64,000 bases of DNA from assembly GCA_044892525.1 (NCBI GenBank), contig CM097887.1, positions 81,012,397-81,076,396 on the forward strand. Direction: 5' to 3'. A model generated the notes under the pieces. That model saw only the letters and a program-made list of their open reading frames with translations, was not told the DNA's origin and ran no database searches. Position 1 is the stretch's first letter. Every line of letters begins with the position of its first letter. Made by a program: the position numbers and the translations under genes. Below, one piece after another: positions 1 to 11,053 of this stretch. Origin of the DNA: Schmidtea polychroa. Taxonomy: Eukaryota.

Positions 1-2
1 GG

Positions 3-1517
3 ACAAAAGCCGGATTAACAATAAAACATAATCAAGAGAAGTACAAAGAAGCCTACGATAAGAAAACACGACCTCATGGAATAAAAATTGGAGATTTAGT
101 GTATCTTAACAGACCAGAACCACTCAAAGGTATGTCTCCAAAGTTACAGAGACCATTTAAAGGGCCATATAAAGTGTGTGATACAACCGAAACAAATTTG
201 AAGTTATTACCGTTTAGGAGTAAGAAGGCAAATCCTATAATAGTTCATGCCAATCGTTGTAAATTGGTCCCGGAAAATGACGAAGAAAGATATCCATTAC
301 GATCGAAACGAAATAAAGAGAAGGCGGATACAAAAATTCAACAAAAATTCACCAAAAATCCAGTTCCAATCAGTTATCTTAACAGAGTGCTATTCACAAC
401 AGTCGTGCTAATGATGATGACAAGGGTAAAAGGGATGAGAATGGATTTACCATATGCGATAACAAAAATACCCGTATGGGACAAGATCGATATTTATTCC
501 ACGTTTACAAATATTGTTTGGACTTATCAGTGCGAAATAATGGAGCAAATAGAAATTAGCAACGTGTTAGACCCGTTCACACCTTTCATTATTTTGAATT
601 ATGACAGAAATACGTATGCGGCACGAGAATTAAAAGTTAACTTCAGGTATCCATGGATCATAAGGCAGAATGAATCAGATTCGCTTGAAAAGTTTAATAG
701 TCAAATTCGAATTATAATACAAACTAACGAATTATGGAATACCGTGGAAATTGAGCCGATAATGAATGGTATAGATGTGTATTGGGTAGCCGTAGAAAGA
801 GTAAAGGTGCAGGTCATATTTCAAAATTTTGTGGATATTCTAAACATGCGAAAGGCTTACACTCGGTATTACAACCTCAAAATGAACTCAAATTATACAA
901 TAACGGTTAATTACTACGAAAATGCGATGTATGATAATGGCACAATAATGAAAAATAAATGGACATTGTTTCAAACAGAGAATCAAATAATTCCCCTTAA
1001 GAATGTATCGAATCGTGTGATTCTTGGAGTTCAAAACGGGTCAATAACAATTTATCGAAAATCCCCAGATGACGAAAGAGTGATTATCAGTAATGGAAAA
1101 AAAATTATCGTTTTGTTGGATGCCGGTAAAAGCTATTTTTCATTAATTAGTTCTAATTTAGAATATGATTTCCTGATAAAAATCAAATATCAACAACGGA
1201 TATTCGAGCCATATCGATGGCAAACCGTTCTGGTGGAAACGAGAAGGGTACCAGGCCTGAAATCTGATGTAACCACAGCACGTCCAATTACTACAAAACA
1301 ATACCAAGTTAACAATCGTGTAATAAATAAGCGGACTCAAATTGAGACTGATCAAGCTCTAATTATATGTGAATATTTGATATACCTCATCCTGACAGCT
1401 TTTCTCATAGTATCTCTGGTGTTCATAATAATAACAATCATTCTGTGCAAAAATAGACAGCATATTATAACTGATTTACGACTCGAGCCTTTCAGTGTGA
1501 TCGAAACCACTGTATAA
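3..1517 (+). CDS. 5'-partial Gypsy polyprotein end: integrase C-terminal region, internal signal-like segment, FN3-like ectodomain, TM helix, tail ending IETTV
   Basis: The frame is open from base 3 (KAGLTIKHNQEKYKEAYDRKT...SPKLQRPFKGPYKV...HANRCK...RYPLRS) and is colinear with the same region of ORF 35676-37670. It contains a hydrophobic VLFTTVVLMMM segment, an FN3-like NLKMNSNYTITV motif and a C-terminal TM. Confidence 0.85.
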   Translation, partial: TKAGLTIKHNQEKYKEAYDKKTRPHGIKIGDLVYLNRPEPLKGMSPKLQRPFKGPYKVCDTTETNLKLLPFRSKKANPIIVHANRCKLVPENDEERYPLRSKRNKEKADTKIQQKFTKNPVPISYLNRVLFTTVVLMMMTRVKGMRMDLPYAITKIPVWDKIDIYSTFTNIVWTYQCEIMEQIEISNVLDPFTPFIILNYDRNTYAARELKVNFRYPWIIRQNESDSLEKFNSQIRIIIQTNELWNTVEIEPIMNGIDVYWVAVERVKVQVIFQNFVDILNMRKAYTRYYNLKMNSNYTITVNYYENAMYDNGTIMKNKWTLFQTENQIIPLKNVSNRVILGVQNGSITIYRKSPDDERVIISNGKKIIVLLDAGKSYFSLISSNLEYDFLIKIKYQQRIFEPYRWQTVLVETRRVPGLKSDVTTARPITTKQYQVNNRVINKRTQIETDQALIICEYLIYLILTAFLIVSLVFIIITIILCKNRQHIITDLRLEPFSVIETTV

Positions 1518-1687
1518 AATTACATTATAAAAATTGCATGCGTGTAAATAAATCTTATAAAACTAGTATGATTATAGATTAATAATAACATAAATTAGTT
1601 ATTTTGGTTGATCGGACTTCGCTATGGTGTGCTTGGCCTTGCGCGATAAAGAGTGTTTAAGAAAACTTTAATTATATTTAACTTCAG

Positions 1688-1933
1688 GAAGCCCAAGAGG
1701 AAGAGTCAATCAAAGAGTGTCGAAACTCAATGAAAGAAATGAGAAGAAAAATGAAAGCAATGGAGAGGAAAATTGACGACTTGGAACTAGAGGATATGAT
1801 TTGCAAAAGAAAGCTGGAAAGGATGGAAATTCTCCTGTTCCAATACGAAGCGGAAGTCGTGCTGCTAAGAATGCAGATACAGGGAAATGAATGCCCGACC
1901 GATGAGGAAAGAGAGATGGATGAGTTAGAATAA
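1688..1933 (+). CDS. Small acidic coiled-coil accessory ORF of the retroelement, probably entered through a splice acceptor
   Basis: The acceptor-like ATATTTAACTTCAG|GAA at 1687/1688 is in frame with ORF 1730-1933. The product is E/K/M-rich with heptad-like periodicity. Confidence 0.5.
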   Translation, partial: EAQEEESIKECRNSMKEMRRKMKAMERKIDDLELEDMICKRKLERMEILLFQYEAEVVLLRMQIQGNECPTDEEREMDELE

Positions 1934-2125
1934 TTTAATGATTAATAAATTTTACAATGTAAAACCTCACTTTTCGTCCTCGAAGTAGTAAAAGAGAAAG
2001 GCTAAACGATAATAACATTTACATTAATAAAACTAAATGTTAAAAGAGAATAAATGAATAGAACAAAATAGTCAATAAACAAAATTTATTGATAAGTTAG
2101 TCCTCTAGCAGGACAAAACTCTCGA

Positions 2126-3247
2126 TGTGGGAGTCGTCCACTACACCCCGAGGAGGTCTTTTTTCGAACCTCTTGAACCTGTGGGACAAGTCCACACAGG
2201 CAAATGTACGTTTAGACCCGAGCGAGGTGGCGCGGGTACAGGAAGCCTAAGTAAATCCTACAGTAATTTTAATTATATAGAAACGAAACTAACCACATGA
2301 GGGGATCAAATTTTACTAATGAGTCCTAAATTAAAGAATAAAATTAAATTAAGCAAAAAAAAAAAAATTTAATTAATTCCGACATAAAACAAAAGTAAAG
2401 TAAAAAACAGCATAAGTGAAAAGGCTAAAGCTGTGAGGAAAATTTATATTTATAAATAACTGGCAAATAAAAAACCAACATAAAATCTGTCGCTGTACTC
2501 ATCATCGACCGTCGATATCCGGACATACAATCATAAAAGCTGAGATTGGATATGGGCGGGGATTTCTTTCATCATACCTGTTTCAAAATTTTACATTTCC
2601 TATAATCTTTAAAAATCTAATAAATTAATACTTCAAGCTCAGGAACATATACTAACACAATTCCTATAATAAAAAAATCGAGCACACTTGCGATGAAATT
2701 TATCGTTTCAAAATATAACAGATTTTTAATATACATAACTTATCAAAATTTTTTTTTACAAAACTTCCAAACTTTGTATTCCAACTAAGATTTTTATTTT
2801 TGAAAAAATTTTCTTTTAAAAATATTGTATGTGAGAAAAAAATATACAAAAATAGCATTAGATAAAAACCTGAATCACAATAAATTAAATCTTTAATAGT
2901 ATAAATTAAATTAACTTATAATAAAAGTGTGTGAAGTTTTCACCAAAAAGCGGAAAAGTTATTCGGCAAAATCGAAGGAAATTAAATTGCATTTAAAAAA
3001 AAAATAATCTGAATTAGATAATGAAACAATAAATACCTTTTTTTACTTTTATTTCGAAATGCTAATAAATTTTTTAAAAAAAAAATCTTTTATAAATATT
3101 CAATAAATTAAAAACCTGAAATTACATACAAAGTATTATAGATGAAACGAAAAGATAAATTAATTATATAAAATAAATTAAATTCTTATTCATTGTCATA
3201 AAAACTCTTATCAAATGCGATTTGGTCCAAACGATATTGGGTTCACA
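2126..3247 (+). mobile_element. Candidate 3' LTR of the element at 1-1933
   Basis: TGTG...CACA termini, 1122 bp (similar to the 1147-bp LTRs at 32004 and 45520), starting just after the last ORF. There is no clear polypurine tract and no partner LTR in the window. Confidence 0.3.
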
Positions 3248-3428
3248 GCAACGTGGAGGGCAAGCGACTGACGATTTGATTTACTAAATTGAAAATAATC
3301 AACAATATATTAAAAATATAAAATTAACCTCTAATATACTTTGACTCTGATCTGAATGTTTTACACTTGCTGAATAACTTTTGTGTAAACCTCCATTTTT
3401 GGATGTAACTGGAGTGCAGTCTCTTGAG

Positions 3429-3431
<3 letters not shown>

Positions 3432-3468
<37 letters not shown>
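3432..3468. repeat. (AAT)n microsatellite
   Basis: Direct run of TAA/AAT units. Confidence 0.9.
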
Positions 3469-3474
<6 letters not shown>

Positions 3475-4080
3475 ATAAATTTAAACAATACTGATATTAA
3501 TAATTATTATAATTAATATTATTATTTAAATCTAAATTTAATAGATTACATTCAAATTTAATAAAATCAATATAAAAATAAAATAAATTTCAATATAAAC
3601 GATATTATCAATCATTAATCAATTGCTACCCAAATAGATCAATATATGTATAAAAATAAATAATTATTATAAAATCTAATAGGAAATCAATTACATGACT
3701 GCACTGAATATGAATTTGATTGGATTAATTTGGATAGGGCTGCGATATTACAACCAATTAATAATGTGAAAATAAAAATAGCAACACTTCTCAGGCTGTT
3801 TTATGTCGGAAACGTTAATAGTTGGCATACTCCTACTGGAAAACTTATTAAAAACGTAATTTGTTTAATAACTCCTTAATTGAAAACATTTTTAGAAACT
3901 TCTTCAGTACTTACATGAATTTTCTTATATTTATTACATTTAAAATGTAAAATACTTTATTTAAATTATTTTTAAGAAAAATAATAATAATAATAATAAT
4001 TAATAAAATAAAAAAATAATAAAATTAATATAAAAAAATTAAAATAATAAATAAAATAAGAGAATGATAAAAACGAAAAA

Positions 4081-5054
4081 TCATGAATATGTGAAGGCAA
4101 ATAAAAATCCATCAAATAAGCACACACGCATGCATCTAACACAACGGCGATTAGCGATATCAGTATATGAGCATGCCTGAGAAGTAGCATCATCAACACA
4201 CAGCCTTAACAGTAAGGAATTCTGAATATACTCCACTTTGATGTGATGACGACATCGACTCACTCACTATCCTAGAGTTGGCAGACTTGCCTGTGTGTGT
4301 TGCCATGTTTGCCTGACATTATGCATGGCATTAATAACAGATTTTGTTGACAGATAAAAATTTTTGGTTGGACTTGCTAAAGTGATAAAAACGAAAAATC
4401 AATCAAAAATCAAAATCATAAATAATGTAAAAAATAAATAAACAAACAAAATAATGAAAATAATATTAATATTAATTATTATAATTATAAGTAGACTGAA
4501 TACGAGAAAGGTCTTACCGATTCGTAGACACTGTTAAGTAAGCAAGCTGCTGCTCCCATTGCTGGTTCATGTTTTTTTAACACATCCCACAAGAACCCAA
4601 TAAGGAGATTTAAATCGTTCTCCTTTAGTATTTGAAATAGTTCCTTTAGCAATCCAACATATGTGTCAATTAAAGTTTCCTGAAAATCTCCAGCAGATAG
4701 AAATGCCATTTTGAAAATATTGTGTAGTTGCTCAAACGGTAATATCTCACTGGAGAACTCAGGTATCTGACTGTAGAAATACAGCACCGTTTCAATGTCC
4801 TGAATTATTACGGATTTTTAGAAAATTTAAGTTAGATACAAGGCCTATTTATACCTAAATTAAGATTAATAAATTAACAAACAAATAATTACCATTTCAA
4901 GAGGCAATTGATTATAATTGCCAACATGGGAGGCAGAACATTGTTACTCCCGGAATCGCCATTGATAGCAAGAATCGACATTGAGAGCAAATATAATTTA
5001 GACATGATTGATCTGGTAAACATTGAGGGATAAAATTATCTTGCCGTCTCCAAA
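4081..5054 (-). pseudogene. Decayed multi-exon fragment of an unidentified helical host-like protein
   Basis: Putative exons 5054-4893, 4854-4518 and 4376-~4081 are joined by GT-AG introns (one only 38 nt) that keep the frame. It includes ORF 4485-4787 and several in-frame TAA/TAG/TGA codons. Confidence 0.4.
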
Positions 5055-5175
5055 CTGCAATATAATATTAAATTTAAAATTGTATTGTTTATTTACAAGG
5101 AAATAAATCAAACTTGTTGACATTATTATATTTATAAACACAGCGTGGAATTAATATTGAATCTTTCGTTAAACT

Positions 5176-5441
5176 ATGGAAGAATTAGGAAAGTATATTC
5201 TTGATAAATCACTAATTTCCAATAAAGTATGCCGTTACGATGATGACTGTATCGATCGACTTAATCATGTTTATACAACTACGCTTATAGGAATTTGTTT
5301 TTTTTTATGTTCACAAGGTAACTAGTTGGGAAACCTATCACTTGTTGGCTACAGACGGAATTTTCTGACTCTCAAGTGGCATATGCGGAACATGTATGTT
5401 GAGTCATGAGTACTTACTACGTGAAATTGGATGAAATTTAA
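5176..5441 (+). pseudogene. Innexin N-terminal pseudo-exon
   Basis: Reads DDDCIDRLNHVYTT...VGKPITCW...EFSDSQVAYAEHVC*VMSTYY, the innexin N-terminus and first extracellular loop. It has a frameshift in a 9-T run (5298-5306), TAA at the conserved Q (5319) and TGA at the conserved CW Trp (5400). Confidence 0.85.
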
Positions 5442-5484
5442 TTTACTATTGAACGTAAATAAATTAAATATAAATAAAGTAAAT

Positions 5485-5660
5485 AATTAACTTTGAAAAT
5501 GAAATGCTATGAAACACTTAAAAACTATTTAAATAAGAAAATTCACGAATAAAGTAAAATCAGATTTTTAATAAAATGCTATGAAACACTTGATTGAAAA
5601 TTTCAAAAAACTATTTAAATGAGAAAATTCACGAATAAATTAAAATCAGATTTTTAAACA
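5485..5660. repeat. Two-copy direct repeat of about 75-85 bp
   Basis: AAATGCTATGAAACACTT...AAAACTATTTAAAT.AGAAAATTCACGAATAAA.TAAAATCAGATTTTTAA occurs twice. Confidence 0.75.
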
Positions 5661-5827
5661 TAAGAAAAAAAAATGTTGAATTTTAATAAAATGAACAAGA
5701 CTCGAATGGGACTGAATTGTCGGTATGTCAATAGGTCACCTAATTTTCAGAAAATATAATAATATATTTTAAATTGAATAAGCATCACATATTTCGAGGA
5801 CGAAATTTTTTTTTAAGGGGGGAGATA

Positions 5828-6816
5828 TGTTGAGGCTTGAAAATGAATTATTAAATTATATAGTTCAGATTAAAAGGAAAGCCGAAATTGAATGGCGGTC
5901 AAGCAGAGAAGCAATGGCAAAGAAAGATATGATAAAAACAGAACTATAAAAGGGTACAATCAGACATGAAATGGGAAAATGCGCAAACCAGGGGAAGTGG
6001 AATAAAGTGAAAAGTTATCGAAATTGAAGCTGGAAAACGGGAGAGAGGTAGATTAAGGGATGGTGAAGAAGACAGCGAGCAAGAAATTGTTAGAAAATGT
6101 GTAGAAAGGGTCATAAAACAGACAAATGTGGAAAAACGTAAAATATTAATTAATTAATTAATTGGCTAATGGGAAACCCGAGCTAATGGGAAGCCCGAGC
6201 CAATGGAGAACCCGAGCGATGGAGAAAACCCGAGCACGGCAATTTGGAAGGGTAAACAAACGAGGAATTCAGAGGGCAATTATCCAAACAATCGGATAAA
6301 CGAGGGTAAACAAAAGACAGGGAATTACGAAGAGGGTCAACAAAAATAGTCAATTAGGGAATGATAGCTGAAGAAGTCAAAACCAATTAGGTCAAAAATG
6401 GGGCAATTACAATGATTATGAGAGTATATAAGGAAACTCAAAATTCACATAATCGGCGATAGCCTTAGGTAGGGATACGAAGAAACAGACGATAAGAGTT
6501 CACGGAATAAAAATAAAAAGGAAAAAGGAATTATAAGAGGAATTTAGGAGTCAGAAAGGAATATTAAAAGAGTTCGGATCAGAGAGCGGAATCAACAAAA
6601 AGGTGAAACCTATTTTTAATCGTACAAGGCCGAGACCTTCCAGAGCGGAGTTCGATCTGAAATTGTGTAAGAATTGTGATTAACCAACAGCGTGATTAAT
6701 TGTTGAGTTGTGAATTGTTATAAAACAAATATACGTTGGGAGTTTTTGTTTATTGATTTTGGAACACGTGGAGTCAGAGTAACCAACGGTTGATTTTGAT
6801 ATCATAAAACCCAACA
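5828..6816 (+). mobile_element. Gypsy-type 3' LTR (989 bp) with upstream polypurine tract
   Basis: TGTTG...CAACA termini. It is preceded by TTTCGAGGACGAAATTTTTTTTTAAGGGGGGAGATA, resembling the pre-LTR motif of the 32-46 kb element (TTTCGAGACGAAAATCTTTTAGGGGG). Confidence 0.7.
6167..6236. repeat. Four ~17-18 bp tandem repeats inside the LTR
   Basis: GC(T/C)AATGG(G)A..CCCGA repeated four times. Confidence 0.8.
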
Positions 6817-7639
6817 ACTTTAAATTTATCAATTTAATTCCAAAAATCTTTTTCTTTTAATTAATTATTTCAAAATGATTTATTTTCATCTGTTGTTATC
6901 TATTACAAATAAATGCCGACAACAAAATGAATGATTTCAAAGTAGTTTACTTTCATCAGGGCCGGATTCACCACGTTGCATACGTTTCGATTGAAACGGG
7001 TCTTCCAATAAATCTAGAAATTTAGGGGGCATACTTTGAAGTTGACCAATTGAAAAAATAAAAAACATACTGGTACTAATTAGCATTTTGAAGGGCTCAA
7101 TCATTATGATTTGTTTATGAGCATTGAGATATTCTCGGGCCACCGGCCGACCCTGTAGAGTCGTTCACAATGTCACATTCCTACTGTTTCAAATTATACT
7201 GACAGAGTTCTATACTGCTGAGTCATGGTCCTGTATCCCGTACAGCCCTTATAAAAGTCTCAGTACCGAAAGTCGATCTATATTAAAGCTAGATATCGCA
7301 ATGGCTCCGTAAATATAAATATAAACGAAAATTTCTCACGTCGACAAGCAAGCACACGCTCGATTCCGCAACAAATAACCAATAGTTCGGTTAGCTGTTG
7401 GCTGCCTGCATCTGCACATCATGCAGTGACTCTTTAGGCACAAAATTCGCAGCTAGCTTATATCCAAATCCTCTTGTAGCCGTTAACTTATCACCGCAAA
7501 AAAATATTGTTAATGAAGTTTGTAGTCCTTCGGGGGAACTACTCGTACAGCCTGAATCAAACTCAACCGAAGATAATATGCTGCCATTGTTGAACACTGC
7601 TAGACATGTTGACATGATACCAGAAGCCAATCCAGGTTT

Positions 7640-8110
7640 ATGGAATGTAGGGAGTGAGATAATGAATTATTGGCTTCACATTGGGCCTATATGTTAATTC
7701 GTTAAGGAAATATGTCAATAGTAACAGAAAACTTAATGATTCAGCATTTTATTCACAATCTCACAGTGGAGAAAAAATGGAAAGGCATTGGCTTTTGTAT
7801 TCGCCATCATCTGGGTGTGTTTTTTGCTTTTGTGTGTAAACTTTTCTCGATAAACAGTATTGTTTGACAGCTGGAGCACTATGACTTGAACAGATGCGCT
7901 CTTACCGTTTATGGCACTCGTTTATCCAAAGTTCAGCAAGCTGATAAGCAGAAGCACTATTGGAGAGAAGTTTTAAGGAGAGTTGTTTCAACAATAAAGT
8001 TTCTTACATCAAGTGGATTATCACTTAGAAGATCTCCAAAAACCTTGGGCAGGGCAGATAATGGAAACATTTTAGGTTGCTTGGAGTATATAGCCGAATA
8101 CGATGTTTTT
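7640..8110 (+). pseudogene. ZMYM1-like hAT transposase remnant
   Basis: Frameshifted fragments: IGPIC, HWLLYSPSSGCVFCF, KHYWREVLRRVVSTIKFL, DNGNILGCLEYIAEYD. Confidence 0.7.
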
Positions 8111-8379
8111 TCCAAAAATCGAGTACTCGAGTCCGACCTTTAAAGCTCGACAAGCTTCGAGCCTAAAGTAACGGTTTTTTTTAATTAAAGGTCCAATACA
8201 TTTTCAAAAATTTATTTAACGAAAAGTGTTTTAGTATGTGTGTTTATTCATTAATTTTTCCAATTTTCTGCTGGCTACAAAAAACTAAAATTTAAAAGAA
8301 ACTTAGTGAAATATCAGGTAATTTTAATAAAAATTACAAATAAATAATTTAATTTCTAATTATTTTTGCATCGATTTTA

Positions 8380-9289
8380 ATGAAATTTCAAATATTAACC
8401 ACCATAATGTCTTCAACAAACGAGAAGGAATCTTGGGTCTGGAAGTGTTACATTAAGCGAGTTGTCTACAAAAAAACAGTCGGAGCCACATGCACAATTT
8501 GTAAAAATGCAAAAGGATTTCCAAACATCTACGATGGCTCGTCATTTGTCAACAATTCACAGCATTAATGTAAAATCATCACATCCAGAAAGTGGAATTA
8601 AGACTGCCAATAAACCTCAACCGTCTTTATTGCTATTTATGCAGCTAAAACCCTTGGAATGTCTTGTCGCTGAACTTGCAGCTGTTGATGGATTCTCAAT
8701 CCGAGTCATCACGAACTTACCAAAATGTGAAACCAAAATTATGGGTCTGGTCCTCAAGTAAAAGCAGCTGCGATAGAACTGATTTCTGCTGATAAAGAAA
8801 ATCGATCTTAAAATTTCTTTTACTCTTGACGAATGGGTCGATGCCACGACTCGGAAATTTCTCGATATCTCGCTGATTCGGTCAGGTGGAGGTGTTTTGA
8901 ATTTGGGATTAGTGCGAATTATTGGCAGTTGTACAGCAGAAATATTGTGTGAATCTGTTGAAAACCATTTGATGGGTTTTGGTATCAATCGCATACACGA
9001 TATTGTGGCTGCAACTGGTGATGGAGCGTCTATTATGTTGAAATTTAGCAGATTAAATCATTTCATCTATCAAGTATGTTTAAATCATGCTTTTCATCTG
9101 GGAGTCACTAAGACTTTCTACAAGAAAAGGGAAAAATTGCGAGACACCAATGAAGCCATTGAAAATCAAACTGAAGTATTTGACGATAACTTTTATGACG
9201 ATTTTGATTTGGATGATGGGGCCGATGACAAAATTCTTTTGAACGAGAATATTAATGCGATTTATAGTTTTATTGCGAAATATTTATAG
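8380..9289 (+). pseudogene. BED-finger hAT transposase remnant
   Basis: SWVWKCY...ATCTIC / STMARHL..IH (BED finger), TLDEW, NLGLVRIIGSC, DIVAATGDGASIM and CLNHAFHL motifs spread across several frames. Confidence 0.75.
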
Positions 9290-9775
9290 TTTTTTCTTTG
9301 AAAATTTACTTTTATGCTTTTCTAGTCAGAAAAAATTTAATAAAAATAAATTTTAAATTAAATTAAAAAAAACTAATGTCCCCCTCCCATTTCAAAGAGT
9401 TATGGGGAGGGGTCTTGCTACTTTCCCTCTACTACACACATTTATAATTAGTTGTTTTTTTAATAATACTGAGGCTTTCATTTTTTATCATTTAAGCCCT
9501 GCCATAACGTGCTTTGGGTATAAGCCATTGTTTAATGTCTTGGATTTAATTTAATGTCAGTTTTGGCTATGATACACACACATTTATTAAAATGTAAATT
9601 TTATTTATGTAATTGAAACTTTAAATAAATGCCATTTAGGTCATTATCAATTAGTCTTTGGTGTAGAACTTCCATGTAATTTTATATACTAATTAATTCA
9701 ACTCCACAATTGTTTTGAGCATAAATTATCTAAAATAATCTGAAATTATTGTGGAATTATAATCAATAAATTTGC

Positions 9776-11053
9776 ATGTCAGATATATCAAATGAAGAAG
9801 TAGAAAGAAATTATGTCTGTCCTTGTCAACTTTATTCAGAAGATCTGGATTTTCAAATAATTGTTCTTGACAAAACGTGTTTTTTCAAGTGCTCCATTTG
9901 TTGGTATCCTTGGCCGACATTTTTACCTATCCCTTTAACTACGTGCAAATCATGCCACAATACTACATATGAAATCGAGTCCATTGTAACAGTAAATCTA
10001 ATAATTTCCTGTCGTTTCTGTAGAGGAGACATTCCAAAATCAGGCATCCGTGACCATTTCAGAAAATTAATTCAATTGCACCTCTCCAATGATAAGTCCA
10101 ATAAGCCGGCGAGAAGTGACCAAATGTGCTCGTGTAAAGACAACAACTGGAATTACCGATTCGAAAACGGGAATTTCTTTAAGTTGTGCTACAAATGCGA
10201 GAAACGTTATTTATTAACAAATGAAGACGAAATAATAAAGCATTCGAAGGAATTTTTCAATTGTTGTGATAATCCGTTTACTGGAATTTCCGGTCTCAAG
10301 TTGTCGGACCACATAATTATTCAGTGCACCTCATGTCTATCAGAAACTGTACTAAATAACAATCAATTTTTCGAAAAATTATTCTCCCAACAGAAATGGG
10401 GTAGTCCCTATTCTGACCAACCAATGCTTTCGATTAATGACCTACGAATCGGAGATCATATTGCCTATATCAGAAAATTATATGAACATCATGTTATCGT
10501 TGTATGGGTCAGTAGGTCTATGGGAACCTTCAAGCAGATTGGATTCACCCAACCTCTCAAGAAAAATGAAGGTGAGAGTCAAAATCTATTTACTGGACAA
10601 GTAGACCTTATTGAAAAGAAATTTCTAAGTATCAAAGATCCGTTGATGAGAATTAATTATCTTCCTCTTGATTGTTATCCTATTGGATATGTCGTTTGGA
10701 GAGCGTTTGACCGACTTAATGAATCTCAGTATAATCTTTTGACAAACAATTGCGAGCACATTGCAACCTGGTGCAAATATGGGAGGAATGAATGCATACA
10801 GATCCAAAGGTTAATTACAAAATATTCGAAAATCGGCCAGGAGGTTGTAAATGAGCATGTTGTACCCGTGGTCCAGAATCTCTGTGAACAGGTTGAAAAG
10901 GTATCTAAAGATGACAAAGTCATTCCTCAAATTCAAAACATTGTTGCAAAGCAGCAAGTAAATTTGAAGGGGAAATTTAAAAATGCTTTTGGATTCATTC
11001 TTGGTGAGCAGTCGGTCAGTAAGGAAGAAGAACCGATGAGTAAAAATAAGTAA
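9776..11053 (+). CDS. Intronless protein with a Cys-rich (zinc-ribbon-like) N-terminus and an LRAT/HRASLS (permuted NlpC/P60) domain
   Basis: 425-aa ORF with multiple CxC/CxxC pairs, then LRIGDHIAYIRKLYEHHVIV and YNLLTNNCEHIATWCKYG (NCEHF-type motif). Confidence 0.8.
   Translation: MSDISNEEVERNYVCPCQLYSEDLDFQIIVLDKTCFFKCSICWYPWPTFLPIPLTTCKSCHNTTYEIESIVTVNLIISCRFCRGDIPKSGIRDHFRKLIQLHLSNDKSNKPARSDQMCSCKDNNWNYRFENGNFFKLCYKCEKRYLLTNEDEIIKHSKEFFNCCDNPFTGISGLKLSDHIIIQCTSCLSETVLNNNQFFEKLFSQQKWGSPYSDQPMLSINDLRIGDHIAYIRKLYEHHVIVVWVSRSMGTFKQIGFTQPLKKNEGESQNLFTGQVDLIEKKFLSIKDPLMRINYLPLDCYPIGYVVWRAFDRLNESQYNLLTNNCEHIATWCKYGRNECIQIQRLITKYSKIGQEVVNEHVVPVVQNLCEQVEKVSKDDKVIPQIQNIVAKQQVNLKGKFKNAFGFILGEQSVSKEEEPMSKNK

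Noticed and set aside
2100-2260. GC-richer island after the first element as a possible self-cleaving ribozyme
   Set aside because: There is no hammerhead CTGATGA/GAAA core or other recognisable ribozyme motif. It is better explained as an LTR start.
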